Assembly: GCA_934086395.1 (NCBI GenBank)
Contig: CAKOIE010000001.1
Coordinates: 17,871 to 81,870 of the forward strand
Direction of reading: 5' to 3'
DNA: 64,000 bases
Origin: an uncultured Bacilli bacterium
GTDB lineage: Bacteria; Bacillota_I; Bacilli_A; RF39; UBA660
The position numbers and the translations under genes were made by a program. Below the pieces are notes generated by a model that searched no databases, had not been told where the DNA came from, and saw only the letters and a list, made by a program, of their open reading frames with translations. Positions 8,643 through 18,240 of this stretch are shown here, piece after piece. How positions within the stretch are numbered: the stretch's first letter is position 1; each line of letters begins with the position of its first letter.

Positions 8643-8867
8643 TCGCCTAAAACTTATTTTATAAATTTCAAAACTTCACAAACCCTTTAATTTTGGACAT
8701 AAAAAAATGAGGGCACGGTTAAATGCTCTCTTCAGGGGGCGATTTAATAGAACGCCTCTGAATGTTATAAGTCAAGTAAATAAAGGGATTTATCAACTTG
8801 ATATATCGCCTAATTTTATATATTTTTACTATTTTTTAAACTTTTTGTCGCCTAAAATGTCGCCTAA
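8643..8867 (-). repeat. Four same-orientation copies of TTAGGCGA (plus strand TCGCCTAA) upstream of the cassette
   Basis: TCGCCTAA at 8643-8650, 8806-8813, 8848-8855 and 8860-8867. Three copies extend to TGTCGCCTAAA, and the last two are adjacent with a 12-bp period. Confidence 0.7.
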
Positions 8868-8920
8868 ATATATGTTATATACTCATATTATAAGTTTACT
8901 CTATAAATACATTATAACAC

Positions 8921-8939
8921 AAAAAGAGCATTACTGCTC
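8921..8939 (-). terminator. Weak intrinsic terminator after the 210-aa ORF
   Basis: Minus strand GAGCA-GTAA-TGCTC followed by TTTTT. The stem is only 5 bp. Confidence 0.35.
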
Positions 8940-8965
8940 ATTAAGTTAGTTTATCTATAAATATT

Positions 8966-9598
8966 CTATTTTTGTTTTTTATTAAATTTCCCAAAACCAT
9001 ATGCTTCACTTTGATAATTTCTATTAAACAATCTTTCAGAAAATTCATCTCCATATCTACTCATTTTATTCATCATATATTCTTTAAATCTAGCTGGATC
9101 ATATGAATCTATATTAAAATATTCTTCTTGTCTGTATAAATTAAAAAATAAATCTGTCATATCTAAATCTATTATTGTGTTTACACCATTTGCTAATGCT
9201 ACTTCTCCAACTCGTTTACAACAATCTTGAAAATGATATCCACTAATTACTAACTCATCTACATTTCCTAATTGTTCTAAAATATATTGTTCGTTTGGAT
9301 ATACAACATCATCTAATGATTTTTCACTTCCGTCTTGATTATATCCACTTGCTTGGTCAAAAGTAATGTCAGTATATACTATTTTATCATTTGACTGTGG
9401 TAAAATACCATAAATCTTTTTATCTGGATAAATTACATATACAATTTGATATCCATTATCTCTATATCTTTTTTGAATTGCTTGATTTAAAACATCTAAA
9501 GGTCTTCTAACACCAATTTCATCATAATATTCATTTCCTAAATCGAACGCTTTAGTGTACTCTTCAATTGGATATAAATATAAAAATACTTTATTCAT
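8966..9598 (-). CDS. Hypothetical protein (faint isochorismatase/cysteine-hydrolase-like segment)
   Basis: 210-aa ORF. LVISGYHFQDCCKRVGEVALANGVNTIIDLDMTD resembles the ..G...D.CV..T......G..V....D strand-helix of cysteine hydrolases. This is a weak, by-eye match only. Confidence 0.5.
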   Translation of the reverse strand: MNKVFLYLYPIEEYTKAFDLGNEYYDEIGVRRPLDVLNQAIQKRYRDNGYQIVYVIYPDKKIYGILPQSNDKIVYTDITFDQASGYNQDGSEKSLDDVVYPNEQYILEQLGNVDELVISGYHFQDCCKRVGEVALANGVNTIIDLDMTDLFFNLYRQEEYFNIDSYDPARFKEYMMNKMSRYGDEFSERLFNRNYQSEAYGFGKFNKKQK

Positions 9599-9671
9599 AA
9601 ATTCACCTACTTCAATTTAATATTATAAACATTAAAAATTTTACTTATTATTAATCCTACCTTCTGACAAC

Positions 9672-9971
9672 TTAATTTCTTTTTGGCAACTTTTTATAAT
9701 CATACTTATCCATAATTGGATTAAGTAATTCTTGTGCTTTATTTAATTCTTCTACTGCTTGTTCTAAAGTGTATTTACTTTTATTATCTTTAAGTAATTT
9801 TAAATGTTCTGCTACTTCAAATATTATAAATCCTGCTTCTCTTGCGTTTTATCTTTTATTAAAATCAAATTGTAATAAATCAGTTTCTGATTTTTTATAT
9901 TGTTCAATTAAGTCTTTTAAATCTTTACTGGATTTATTTGCATATTTATCTTTAGAAAAATAGAAAAGCAT
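9672..9971 (-). pseudogene. Small reading frame interrupted by one in-frame TAA
   Basis: Hand translation: ATG at 9971 gives MLFYFSKDKYANKSSKDLKDLIEQYKKSETDLLQFDFNKR, then TAA (9851-9849), then the same frame continues NAREAGFIIFEVAEHLKLLKDNKSKYTLEQAVEELNKAQELLNPIMDKYDYKKLPKRN to TAA at 9674-9672. Confidence 0.3.
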
Positions 9972-10295
9972 TTCTTCATTTTTTACTATTAATTATACTT
10001 TAATTCTATCATTTTTCAAAAAAACTGTCCACTTTACAATATTAAAATATAAGTTTATCAAAAAAATACCATACTATTGGTATCTAAACATAATATTTAA
10101 TATCTAGTATGGTATCTAGATAAATCCAAAATAGTTAAAAATCCCTTATAAACAAAAGTATTCCCCTCTCTCGAGGGGAATTTCAGGGGGTTTTGGTTGA
10201 TACACTCTAACAAGAATCGTTAGAGGATCAGTAAGGTTTATTACCTTACCTATTTAATAATATAAAATTATGAATAGTTTGTCAATTTATATTAT

Positions 10296-10904
10296 TTAAT
10301 TTTTTGTAATTTTTTTAAGTTCTTCATAGTATAGTGCTTCTGATACTGAAACATATGGTGCAACATATACTAGGGCAATACCAAATGTTAATGCACAAAG
10401 TAAATACCAACCAAAGAAACTTAACATAAATACGAAATAATCCCATTTATAACCATACATCATCTCTTTAGATTTTTTGATGCAAGCACCTGGTTCTTCT
10501 TCACCATCTATCATGATAAACATTGCTTGACTATATGATATAGCAGCTATAATACCTGGTATAACAAATAATAAAGACCAAAGACCAATAAAAATAGACA
10601 TTAATAATCCTAATAAGAATATTGGAACAAATTTAGAATAATGTTTAAATATTTCATCATAATCTACTTGTTCTTTTCTTACATATTTAAGAATAAATAC
10701 ATCTAAACCATATGATAAAGGCATTACTGCAAGTGAAAGCAAAGTTGAACACATTGTTCCTGCGAATGTATCTTGTAATACTTTTTCTGATATTACATTT
10801 ACAAAACCTAAAACAATCATAACAATTAACATTGGTTTTAAAATGGTCCATAGATTTCCTTCAATCATTTTTTTGGCATCATTTTTAATTTTTGCTCTAT
10901 TCAT
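10296..10904 (-). CDS. DUF975-like integral membrane protein
   Basis: 202 aa. The N-terminus MNRAKIKNDAKKMIEGNLW is typical of DUF975, and there are several hydrophobic spans. Confidence 0.6.
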   Translation of the reverse strand: MNRAKIKNDAKKMIEGNLWTILKPMLIVMIVLGFVNVISEKVLQDTFAGTMCSTLLSLAVMPLSYGLDVFILKYVRKEQVDYDEIFKHYSKFVPIFLLGLLMSIFIGLWSLLFVIPGIIAAISYSQAMFIMIDGEEEPGACIKKSKEMMYGYKWDYFVFMLSFFGWYLLCALTFGIALVYVAPYVSVSEALYYEELKKITKN

Positions 10905-10936
10905 TTATCTCAACTCCTTCTACTATAAATATATCA

Positions 10937-12925
10937 TTAATTTAGATTTTTTACACCCCTTATTATGTTTTTTTGAATAGGAAATTTATCTATTTCGTTA
11001 ATATGTTTGTTTAAAAAATTTAAAGAGTCTTCACTACATTTTTTTAATATTTTAAAATCCTTATTTAGATTAGCTATTTTAAAGACCATATCTCCACTTT
11101 GTTTTACACCAAATAAATCACCGGCTCCTCTTAATTCGAAGTCTTTTTCAGAAATGTAGAAGCCATCTTCACTTTCTTCTAATATTTTTAATCTTGGCGT
11201 GTCATAGTCGCTTATTAAAATACATTTTGATTCTATATCATTTCTACCTATACGTCCCCTTAACTGATGAAGGGTTGCCAAGCCGAATCTTTCGGCATTA
11301 AATATAACAATCATCGTAGCGTTACTAACATCTACTCCTATTTCAATGATGGTTGTTGATATTAAGATCTTAGTTTTATTTGATTTAAAATCATTCATTA
11401 TATTTTCTTTTTCTTCATTTTTTAATTTACCATGAAGAACACCTATAGGTACTTTACCATTAAGGGCTACATTTATTTTTTCATATAAATAATTAACACT
11501 TGCTAGTTTGGTATTTTCTTCTTCATTTTCGATTAGGGGACTAACTACATAGATTTGATGTCCTTTTTTAATTTCATCTAACATTTCATATAGAACTTCT
11601 TTAATTTCTGATGTTTTATATAATTTAGTAATTTTAGGTTTCCTATTTAATGGTTTGGTTTTAATTTCAGTTATGTCCATATCTTTAAAAATAGTTAAGG
11701 CTAAAGTTCTTGGAATTGGAGTTGCACTCATATAAAGTACGTCAACATTTTCTCCTTTGTTTTGAAGGTTCTTTCTTTGATTTACACCGAAGCGATGTTG
11801 TTCGTCGGTTACAACTAGTCCAATATTTTTAAATACGACATCATCATTTAAGACTGAATGAGTTGATAATAAAATATCTATTTGACCGTTTTTTAGATTT
11901 TCAATTATTTTATCACGATCTTTTTTAGTTGTTGAGCCAGTTAGTATTTCAATATTTAAGTCTGTTAAGATTTTTTTGATATTTTCATAGTGTTGTTTTA
12001 TTAATATTTCAGTTGGTGCCATTAGGACGCCTTGATAACCAGATAAATAATTCATGTAAAGAGCTAGAAAAGATATAATTGTTTTACCACTTCCAACATC
12101 ACCTAGAATTAATCTATTCATATGTTTTGGTGAGTTAAAATCATTTTTAATATCTTCTACGGCTTTTACTTGTGAATCAGTTAATTTAAATGGTAAACTT
12201 GATATTAAATTATCTAATTTTGAGGTATCAAATGTTTTTATATATGATGTTGTTGTTTTATCTTTTAAATATTTTAAATAATTTATTTTTAAAGTATATT
12301 CAAATAATTCTTCATATTTAAGACATATTTCAGCTTGTTTTAAATTATTAGTACTGGTTGGATTATGGATTTCTTTTATAGCGGTTAATTTATCTAATAA
12401 TGAATATTCTTTAATGTATTCTTCAGGTATTAGACTGGGAACATAGATATTTTTTTCTAATAAATTATTAATTATTTTATGAATATTTACTTGTTTTAGT
12501 CCTTGAGTTGTGTGATAAATTGGTTCTATTTCATCTTTAATTATTGGGGTTAATTTTATATCACTGGCTGTAAATGTGTTGGTCTTGACGTTATATTTTC
12601 CTATTACGGAAATATATTTATTTAATAACAGATGTTGTTTAATGAAGGGACGGTTAAAGATGGTAACGTTTATTAGTTTAGTACCAGTATTTAATCTGAA
12701 ACTTATTTTATTTAAATTTCTTTTAATATAGTATATTTTGGCATCGGATGCGACATATCCATTTATTAAAACTTCAGTGTTTTCTTCATAGTTATCTAGA
12801 GTGACTGGGTGATATAATTTATACTTATAGGGATAGTATGTGATTAAATCTTGGATGGTAAAGATGTTTAAATTTTGAAATAATTTTAAGGTTTTGGGAC
12901 CAATTCCTTTAATATCTTCTAACAT
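10937..12925 (-). CDS. recG: ATP-dependent DNA helicase RecG
   Basis: 662 aa. Contains GDVGSGKT, TDEQHRFG, SATPIPRTLA and QLRGRIGR, plus an N-terminal wedge/OB region. Confidence 0.9.
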   Translation of the reverse strand: MLEDIKGIGPKTLKLFQNLNIFTIQDLITYYPYKYKLYHPVTLDNYEENTEVLINGYVASDAKIYYIKRNLNKISFRLNTGTKLINVTIFNRPFIKQHLLLNKYISVIGKYNVKTNTFTASDIKLTPIIKDEIEPIYHTTQGLKQVNIHKIINNLLEKNIYVPSLIPEEYIKEYSLLDKLTAIKEIHNPTSTNNLKQAEICLKYEELFEYTLKINYLKYLKDKTTTSYIKTFDTSKLDNLISSLPFKLTDSQVKAVEDIKNDFNSPKHMNRLILGDVGSGKTIISFLALYMNYLSGYQGVLMAPTEILIKQHYENIKKILTDLNIEILTGSTTKKDRDKIIENLKNGQIDILLSTHSVLNDDVVFKNIGLVVTDEQHRFGVNQRKNLQNKGENVDVLYMSATPIPRTLALTIFKDMDITEIKTKPLNRKPKITKLYKTSEIKEVLYEMLDEIKKGHQIYVVSPLIENEEENTKLASVNYLYEKINVALNGKVPIGVLHGKLKNEEKENIMNDFKSNKTKILISTTIIEIGVDVSNATMIVIFNAERFGLATLHQLRGRIGRNDIESKCILISDYDTPRLKILEESEDGFYISEKDFELRGAGDLFGVKQSGDMVFKIANLNKDFKILKKCSEDSLNFLNKHINEIDKFPIQKNIIRGVKNLN

Positions 12926-12969
12926 ATTTAACTCCTTTAAAAAATATTTTAAATTTTAACAAAAAATTG

Positions 12970-13100
12970 TTGACTTTTAAGTCTTTTTCCTTTAGTATAA
13001 CAAGTACCAATTCACTTAAAGGCGAATTGGTGCTAGTATCACACTAGCCAACCCCTTTTTATTCTTTGAGGCTAACCCAGGGGGATAGCCTCTATTTTTT
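12970..13100 (+). ncRNA. Candidate small RNA (promoter, ~95-nt structured transcript, intrinsic terminator)
   Basis: TTGACT (12970-12975), a 17-nt spacer, then TAGTAT. Hairpins accaattc/gaattggt and gctagt/actagc follow. The terminator is GAGGCTA-loop-TAGCCTC (13068-13092) followed by TATTTTTT. No plus-strand CDS lies upstream. The hairpin has no U-run in the minus orientation. Confidence 0.35.
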
Positions 13101-16100
13101 ATTTATTAGAAATTTCTTTATAATAGTTGTATCTTTGGACCGCTATTTCTTTATTTATAGCAAGCAATTCGTTTGCTTTTTTTATGTCTTTTATTTTTAA
13201 TGCGTTGTATCTAACTTCATTAGATAGGAATTCATCATATTTATCAAAGTTTGGTTCTTTAGAATCTAGGTATAGTTTATTATCTTTATATCTCATTAAT
13301 AAGACATAACCTGAATCGACTGCTAGAGCTTCTTCTTTGATTGAATTACTCATTCCTCCTTTAATACCTTGTTCAATACATGGACAATATGCAATTATAA
13401 TTGATGGGCCATCGTGTTCTTCGGCTTCTTTAATTGTTTTAATTGCTTGCATGAAGTTACCACCTAAACTAATGCTTCCAACATATATATTTGGATATGA
13501 CATGGCAATTTTAAATAAATCTTTTTTAGATGTTTTCTTACCGCCACTTGCAAATTCGCAAACTTGTCCTAAATGACTTGATTTACTTGACTGACCACCA
13601 GTATTTGAATATACTTCAGTATCTAGTACAAGAATTCTTACTTTCTCATTTGATGATGCTACATGATCTAATCCACCAAAACCGATATCATAAGCCCAAC
13701 CATCACCACCGATAGTCCATACACTTTTAGGTGTTACAAAACTTAATAAATCTTCTTTAATATATTTTTTGAATTTTGGTAATTCGGATTTTATTTTATC
13801 ATAATCGTTAGAGTCTAGTAGTTCTAATAGATATTTTGTATCTTCATTATTAATTCTAACTAATTCTTTTTTTATACGATTTTGTAAGTTGTTGAAACTA
13901 TTTAGAATTCCAAAACCATATTCAGCAGCATCTTCAAATAAACTATTGCTCCATGATACGGAATAAGGTGTATTAGGACATGATGCTCCATAGATACTTG
14001 AACAACCTGTTGCGTTGGCAATAACTAATTTTTCACCAATAATTTGAGTTAATAATTTGATATATGGTGTTTCGCCACAACCAGCGCATGCTCCAGAAAA
14101 CTCAAATAATGGTTTTCTTAATTCAATATTTTTAATGGTTGTTAATGGGTATTTAGGATTTTCATAATTATTAAATAGTTCGTTAGCTTCTTTTTGCTTT
14201 TCTTCATCGAATTTACCGAAGGACAAAGCATCTTTTGGACATGTGTTAATACACAAGCCACAACCGGTACAGTCAGCTCCACTTATACTAATAATAAATT
14301 CTCCATTAGGTAATTCGAATGGTCTTATTACGGCATGAGGGCAAACCAAAGCACACATTCCACATTTAATACATTTTTCTTTATTCCAAACAGGAATATC
14401 CTCACTAATTTTACGTTTTTCAAATTTGGTTGTTCCACCTGGAAAAGCACCATCTTTATAATCAAGAAGATCTTTAACAGTTAATTCGTTACCGCGTCTT
14501 GAATTAATCATTTCAAAAATATTGTTACTTGAATTAATACTTATACTTTCATCATTAGTAATCTTGATATTAAATAGATTATTTGGAGTTTCTTTTATAA
14601 CTTTGATATTACTTTCAACAATAGATTCTCCTTTAGTTCTAAATCTTTCTTTAACGTTTTCAATTAAGATGTTTTGATAATTTGGAATATTTAATAAATT
14701 TAAAATTGAAGTTTCGATTATTAAACTTATTTTACCTTTAATTCCATTTTCTTCGGCTAATTTACTAGCGTTTATTATATATGTTTTGATATTATTTGCA
14801 TTTAGATATTCTTTAATGTTTGTTGGTAAGAATTTATTTAGTTCTTCTTCGGTTTTTGAGGTATTTATTATTAAATTACCGCCTGGTTTTAAACCGGTTA
14901 TCATGTCAAATTTATGGAAATATTCGTCTTTGGTTACTACTAATAATTCAGGATGATTTGTATAGTATGGGGCATTTATTGGATTGTTAGATAATCTTAA
15001 ATGGGAAACTGTTACGCCACCACTTTTTTTAGAGTCATATTCGAAATATCCTTGAACATAAGCAGATTTACCTAAGATTTTTAGCATATCTTTTGATGCA
15101 CTTACGGATCCATCTGAACCATAACCAAAGATTTTAAATTCTCTAAAATTATCTTCTTCAATATATTTATAGTGAGTTAGGCTTGTATTTGTTACATCAT
15201 CTATAACACCGACTGAGAAATCATCTTTAGGATTATTTAATAAATTCATGTATACATCGTAAATATCGTTTGGAGTGGTATTCTTACTTGATAGTCCATA
15301 GATTCCACCATAAATTTTGATATTGGTATTTTTAAGAGATGATACTACATCTAAATATAAGGGGTTACCACTAGCACCGTGTTCTTTAGTTCGATCTAAT
15401 ACGCCAATTATTTTAGTTGTTTTTGGTAAGACGTTAAGTAGATATTCTTTACTAAATGGACGATATAGATGTACTTCGATTAAACCAAATAAGGGATTAT
15501 TTTTTACAACTGATTTAATAGTATCACATACTGATCCCATAGCGATAAGAACTACTTTAGCGTTTGTTCCACCATAGTAATTAAATGGTTTATAGTCTGT
15601 TCCTATTTCTTTGTTTAGTTTTTGCATATAATCGTTTACGATATCAGGAACTTTGGCGTAATCTTTATTTCTTGTTAGTACTGATTGAAAATAAATATCT
15701 TCATTTTGAGCTGTTCCTTTAGTGATACTTTTATTTGAGTTTAAAGCACGATTTCTAAATTCAGCGATTTTATCATAATTTACTAGTTTTTTGATTACGT
15801 CATCACTTATTTCATTTATAACATTATATTCATGACTGGTTCTAAAGCCATCAAAGAAGTGTAAAAATGGTAAGCCACTTTCAATGGCTGATAAATGGGA
15901 AATTAAGGCTAAATTATGAGCATCTTGAACACTTGTGCTTGCTAAAAAGCAAAAGCCAGTTTGTCTTACTCCGTAAATATCTTGATGATCACCAAAAATA
16001 CTTAAAGCATGAGTTGCTAAGCTACGAGCTGCAACATGAATTACAGCGGGCAAACATTCTCCAGCCATTTTATACATATTAGGAATCATTAAAAGTAATC

Positions 16101-16353
16101 CTTGACTTGCAGTAAAGGTTGTACCTAAGTTTCCAGCATTTAAAGCACCATGAAGGGCACCAGCAGCACCTGCTTCACTTTGCATTTCATAAACATTTAC
16201 ATTATCATTAAAAATATTTTTAATGTCTTTATTATTCATATTATCTATGTTACTTGCCATAGGACTAGAGGGGGTTATTGGATATATAAAACTTATATCA
16301 CTTAATTTATAGGCCATCATAGAACAGGCAGTATTTCCATCAACAACTTTCAT
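13099..16353 (-). CDS. nifJ: Pyruvate:ferredoxin (flavodoxin) oxidoreductase
   Basis: 1084 aa. Contains two 4Fe-4S motifs (CIKCGMCALVCPHAV, CTGCGLCINTCPKDA) and the TPP motif GGDGWAYDIGFGGLDHV. Confidence 0.9.
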   Translation of the reverse strand: MKVVDGNTACSMMAYKLSDISFIYPITPSSPMASNIDNMNNKDIKNIFNDNVNVYEMQSEAGAAGALHGALNAGNLGTTFTASQGLLLMIPNMYKMAGECLPAVIHVAARSLATHALSIFGDHQDIYGVRQTGFCFLASTSVQDAHNLALISHLSAIESGLPFLHFFDGFRTSHEYNVINEISDDVIKKLVNYDKIAEFRNRALNSNKSITKGTAQNEDIYFQSVLTRNKDYAKVPDIVNDYMQKLNKEIGTDYKPFNYYGGTNAKVVLIAMGSVCDTIKSVVKNNPLFGLIEVHLYRPFSKEYLLNVLPKTTKIIGVLDRTKEHGASGNPLYLDVVSSLKNTNIKIYGGIYGLSSKNTTPNDIYDVYMNLLNNPKDDFSVGVIDDVTNTSLTHYKYIEEDNFREFKIFGYGSDGSVSASKDMLKILGKSAYVQGYFEYDSKKSGGVTVSHLRLSNNPINAPYYTNHPELLVVTKDEYFHKFDMITGLKPGGNLIINTSKTEEELNKFLPTNIKEYLNANNIKTYIINASKLAEENGIKGKISLIIETSILNLLNIPNYQNILIENVKERFRTKGESIVESNIKVIKETPNNLFNIKITNDESISINSSNNIFEMINSRRGNELTVKDLLDYKDGAFPGGTTKFEKRKISEDIPVWNKEKCIKCGMCALVCPHAVIRPFELPNGEFIISISGADCTGCGLCINTCPKDALSFGKFDEEKQKEANELFNNYENPKYPLTTIKNIELRKPLFEFSGACAGCGETPYIKLLTQIIGEKLVIANATGCSSIYGASCPNTPYSVSWSNSLFEDAAEYGFGILNSFNNLQNRIKKELVRINNEDTKYLLELLDSNDYDKIKSELPKFKKYIKEDLLSFVTPKSVWTIGGDGWAYDIGFGGLDHVASSNEKVRILVLDTEVYSNTGGQSSKSSHLGQVCEFASGGKKTSKKDLFKIAMSYPNIYVGSISLGGNFMQAIKTIKEAEEHDGPSIIIAYCPCIEQGIKGGMSNSIKEEALAVDSGYVLLMRYKDNKLYLDSKEPNFDKYDEFLSNEVRYNALKIKDIKKANELLAINKEIAVQRYNYYKEISNK

Positions 16354-16425
16354 ATTTTATCTCCAATCTATCTTTAATTAATTATATCATAACTTTTTTA
16401 AGAAAAAGAAAAAACTCTTAGAAAT

Positions 16426-16998
16426 CTAAGAATTTATGTAACTTGTTGAAGTATAAACATAATCATTATTTACTTTTGCAAAAGTGAATTTATATTTACC
16501 ACCATAACCTATAAAAGAATTTTCGGATATTTTTTCATTTAATTTTTCTATTTTATCAGAAGATACCACTAAATTTTGATACGATTTACCATAATTTGTA
16601 CCATCAGTTATTAAAACATAACTATACATAATTACTTCATCTGTTGTAGATGACCATTTATAATCTTGTGTATAAGTTAATAGATTTGAACATTCAATAT
16701 TATTTTCATTACTAATAAGACCAATATATAAGTTTTGATTAAATTGTTCTGGTAAAAATTCATTATTACAACTATTTTTGGGAATAAGCTCTTTTAATTT
16801 AGTTTTTAACTTTTCAGTTATTTCGATAGGCTCATTTACAATACTTATTTGGACATTTTGATTTGGCAAGGTAGTAACAATTTTTTCTTGAGATAAATAA
16901 GCACTTGATTTAAATATTAAAAAACTACCAGTAATTAGTAAAAGTGTTGCGATTAAAATAACTGATATATAAGTTATTTTTTTATTATCCTCTAACAT
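16426..16998 (-). CDS. Hypothetical membrane-anchored protein
   Basis: 190-aa ORF with an N-terminal TM span (ITYISVILIATLLLITGSFLIF). Confidence 0.5.
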   Translation of the reverse strand: MLEDNKKITYISVILIATLLLITGSFLIFKSSAYLSQEKIVTTLPNQNVQISIVNEPIEITEKLKTKLKELIPKNSCNNEFLPEQFNQNLYIGLISNENNIECSNLLTYTQDYKWSSTTDEVIMYSYVLITDGTNYGKSYQNLVVSSDKIEKLNEKISENSFIGYGGKYKFTFAKVNNDYVYTSTSYINS

Positions 16999-17023
16999 AA
17001 TTGGTACTCCTTTGTTATTATAA

Positions 17024-17554
17024 TTATAAAATAAACATTATTAAAAGTAAACATAAGACTTTGTCGAAAATTGTCCTATATGAATTTTCGTATTCTAAAA
17101 TTTTACAATTGTTTTTCTTTAATATTTGAGATTTTAGTTTTTGATAATCTTCATTATAACCTACTAATATATAATCTTTATTTAATAATTTATCTACTTT
17201 TTTATCTTGATAATATAGTTTTCCACCACTTGTTAAGAGATGATTGTTATCAAAATAAGTATATGGATGAATTATTTCAACTGTTAAATTAGATATGTTT
17301 TTAAATAAATTTTTGATTAAATATATTTCACTTGGAGAACTTTTTTCAAATAATAGAATATTTATTTTTACTTTAAATAATGAATTTAAAATTTTGTATT
17401 TATTAATTATGTCATACATTATTTTATTTAATTTAAGAAAATCATATATTTTATTATTGATAATTATGTTACATGGTATTTCTTCTTTAGAAAGTATATT
17501 TGTTTTATGATTAAAAATTAGAATATAGTTATCGGTTAATTCGAGTGTATACAT
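17024..17554 (-). CDS. Hypothetical protein with C-terminal hydrophobic tail
   Basis: 176-aa ORF abutting the upstream gene stop. No family recognised. Confidence 0.45.
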   Translation of the reverse strand: MYTLELTDNYILIFNHKTNILSKEEIPCNIIINNKIYDFLKLNKIMYDIINKYKILNSLFKVKINILLFEKSSPSEIYLIKNLFKNISNLTVEIIHPYTYFDNNHLLTSGGKLYYQDKKVDKLLNKDYILVGYNEDYQKLKSQILKKNNCKILEYENSYRTIFDKVLCLLLIMFIL

Positions 17555-18195
17555 TATTCTAATTCATTTATTTCTTTGTCATAAATTTTTGATGGGTTAA
17601 TATTGTTACCATTAAAATTTACTTCAAATAACATCATTGAACTAGCAGATGCATCTACTTTATTTGTTCCACTTTTACCGATGATATCGCCTTGATTAAC
17701 AGCTTGGCCAACAATTACATCAACGTTATTTAGGCTTTCATAAGTTGTAGTTAAGTTATTCGTGTGTCTTATTGTAATAATATTTCCTAGGATATCGTCA
17801 GTTGTTACTGATTCAATTGTTCCATCTAAAACGGCAAGTACATCAAATACGTTATCACTTCCATACATAATACCTGTATTTGGCATATAGGTGTTTTCAT
17901 ATAATATTAAGGAATTTTCTTGAGTTATATTATCTGAATCTTTATCATAGAAGTTTTTTATTATTTTAACTGTTTCATCTTGATATGGCATAATATTTTT
18001 TTTATTTTTAGTAGTACTAATAACGGGTACGGCATCATCTATTAAACCACGATATACGTATGATAATGACTCATTTGAATAAATCATTCCTTGTAAGGTT
18101 TTACCTACTAAATATAAACTTGATATTATTGTAACTATAGATACAGCATATACTGAAAAAACTACCCATCCTTTTAATTTGTATTTCTTTTTCAT
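17554..18195 (-). CDS. Membrane-anchored LytM/M23-domain protein, apparently degenerate (SpoIIQ-like)
   Basis: 213 aa with an N-terminal TM span. The LytM core is GTIESV..GNIITIRHTNNLTTTYESL..VGQAVNQGDIIGKSG. The terminal HxH position reads MMLFEV. It lies directly downstream of spoIID. Confidence 0.6.
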   Translation of the reverse strand: MKKKYKLKGWVVFSVYAVSIVTIISSLYLVGKTLQGMIYSNESLSYVYRGLIDDAVPVISTTKNKKNIMPYQDETVKIIKNFYDKDSDNITQENSLILYENTYMPNTGIMYGSDNVFDVLAVLDGTIESVTTDDILGNIITIRHTNNLTTTYESLNNVDVIVGQAVNQGDIIGKSGTNKVDASASSMMLFEVNFNGNNINPSKIYDKEINELE

Positions 18196-18240
18196 TTTTC
18201 CTCCTATTAAAAGTTTGGATAGTTTATTTTAAATTATACT

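Noticed and set aside
8707-8949. 80-aa plus-strand ORF in the cassette upstream region
   Set aside because: It has no SD and an implausible composition, and it spans the TCGCCTAA repeats. I treat it as non-coding regulatory DNA.
9769-9963. 64-aa plus-strand ORF
   Set aside because: It is antisense to the more coding-like interrupted minus-strand frame (9672-9971), and it has no SD.
13099-16353. PFOR as a truncated pseudogene (1084 aa versus the ~1170 aa I expect)
   Set aside because: The ORF is continuous and retains both ferredoxin clusters and the TPP motif. The shortening is most simply lineage-specific loop loss in a reduced genome.
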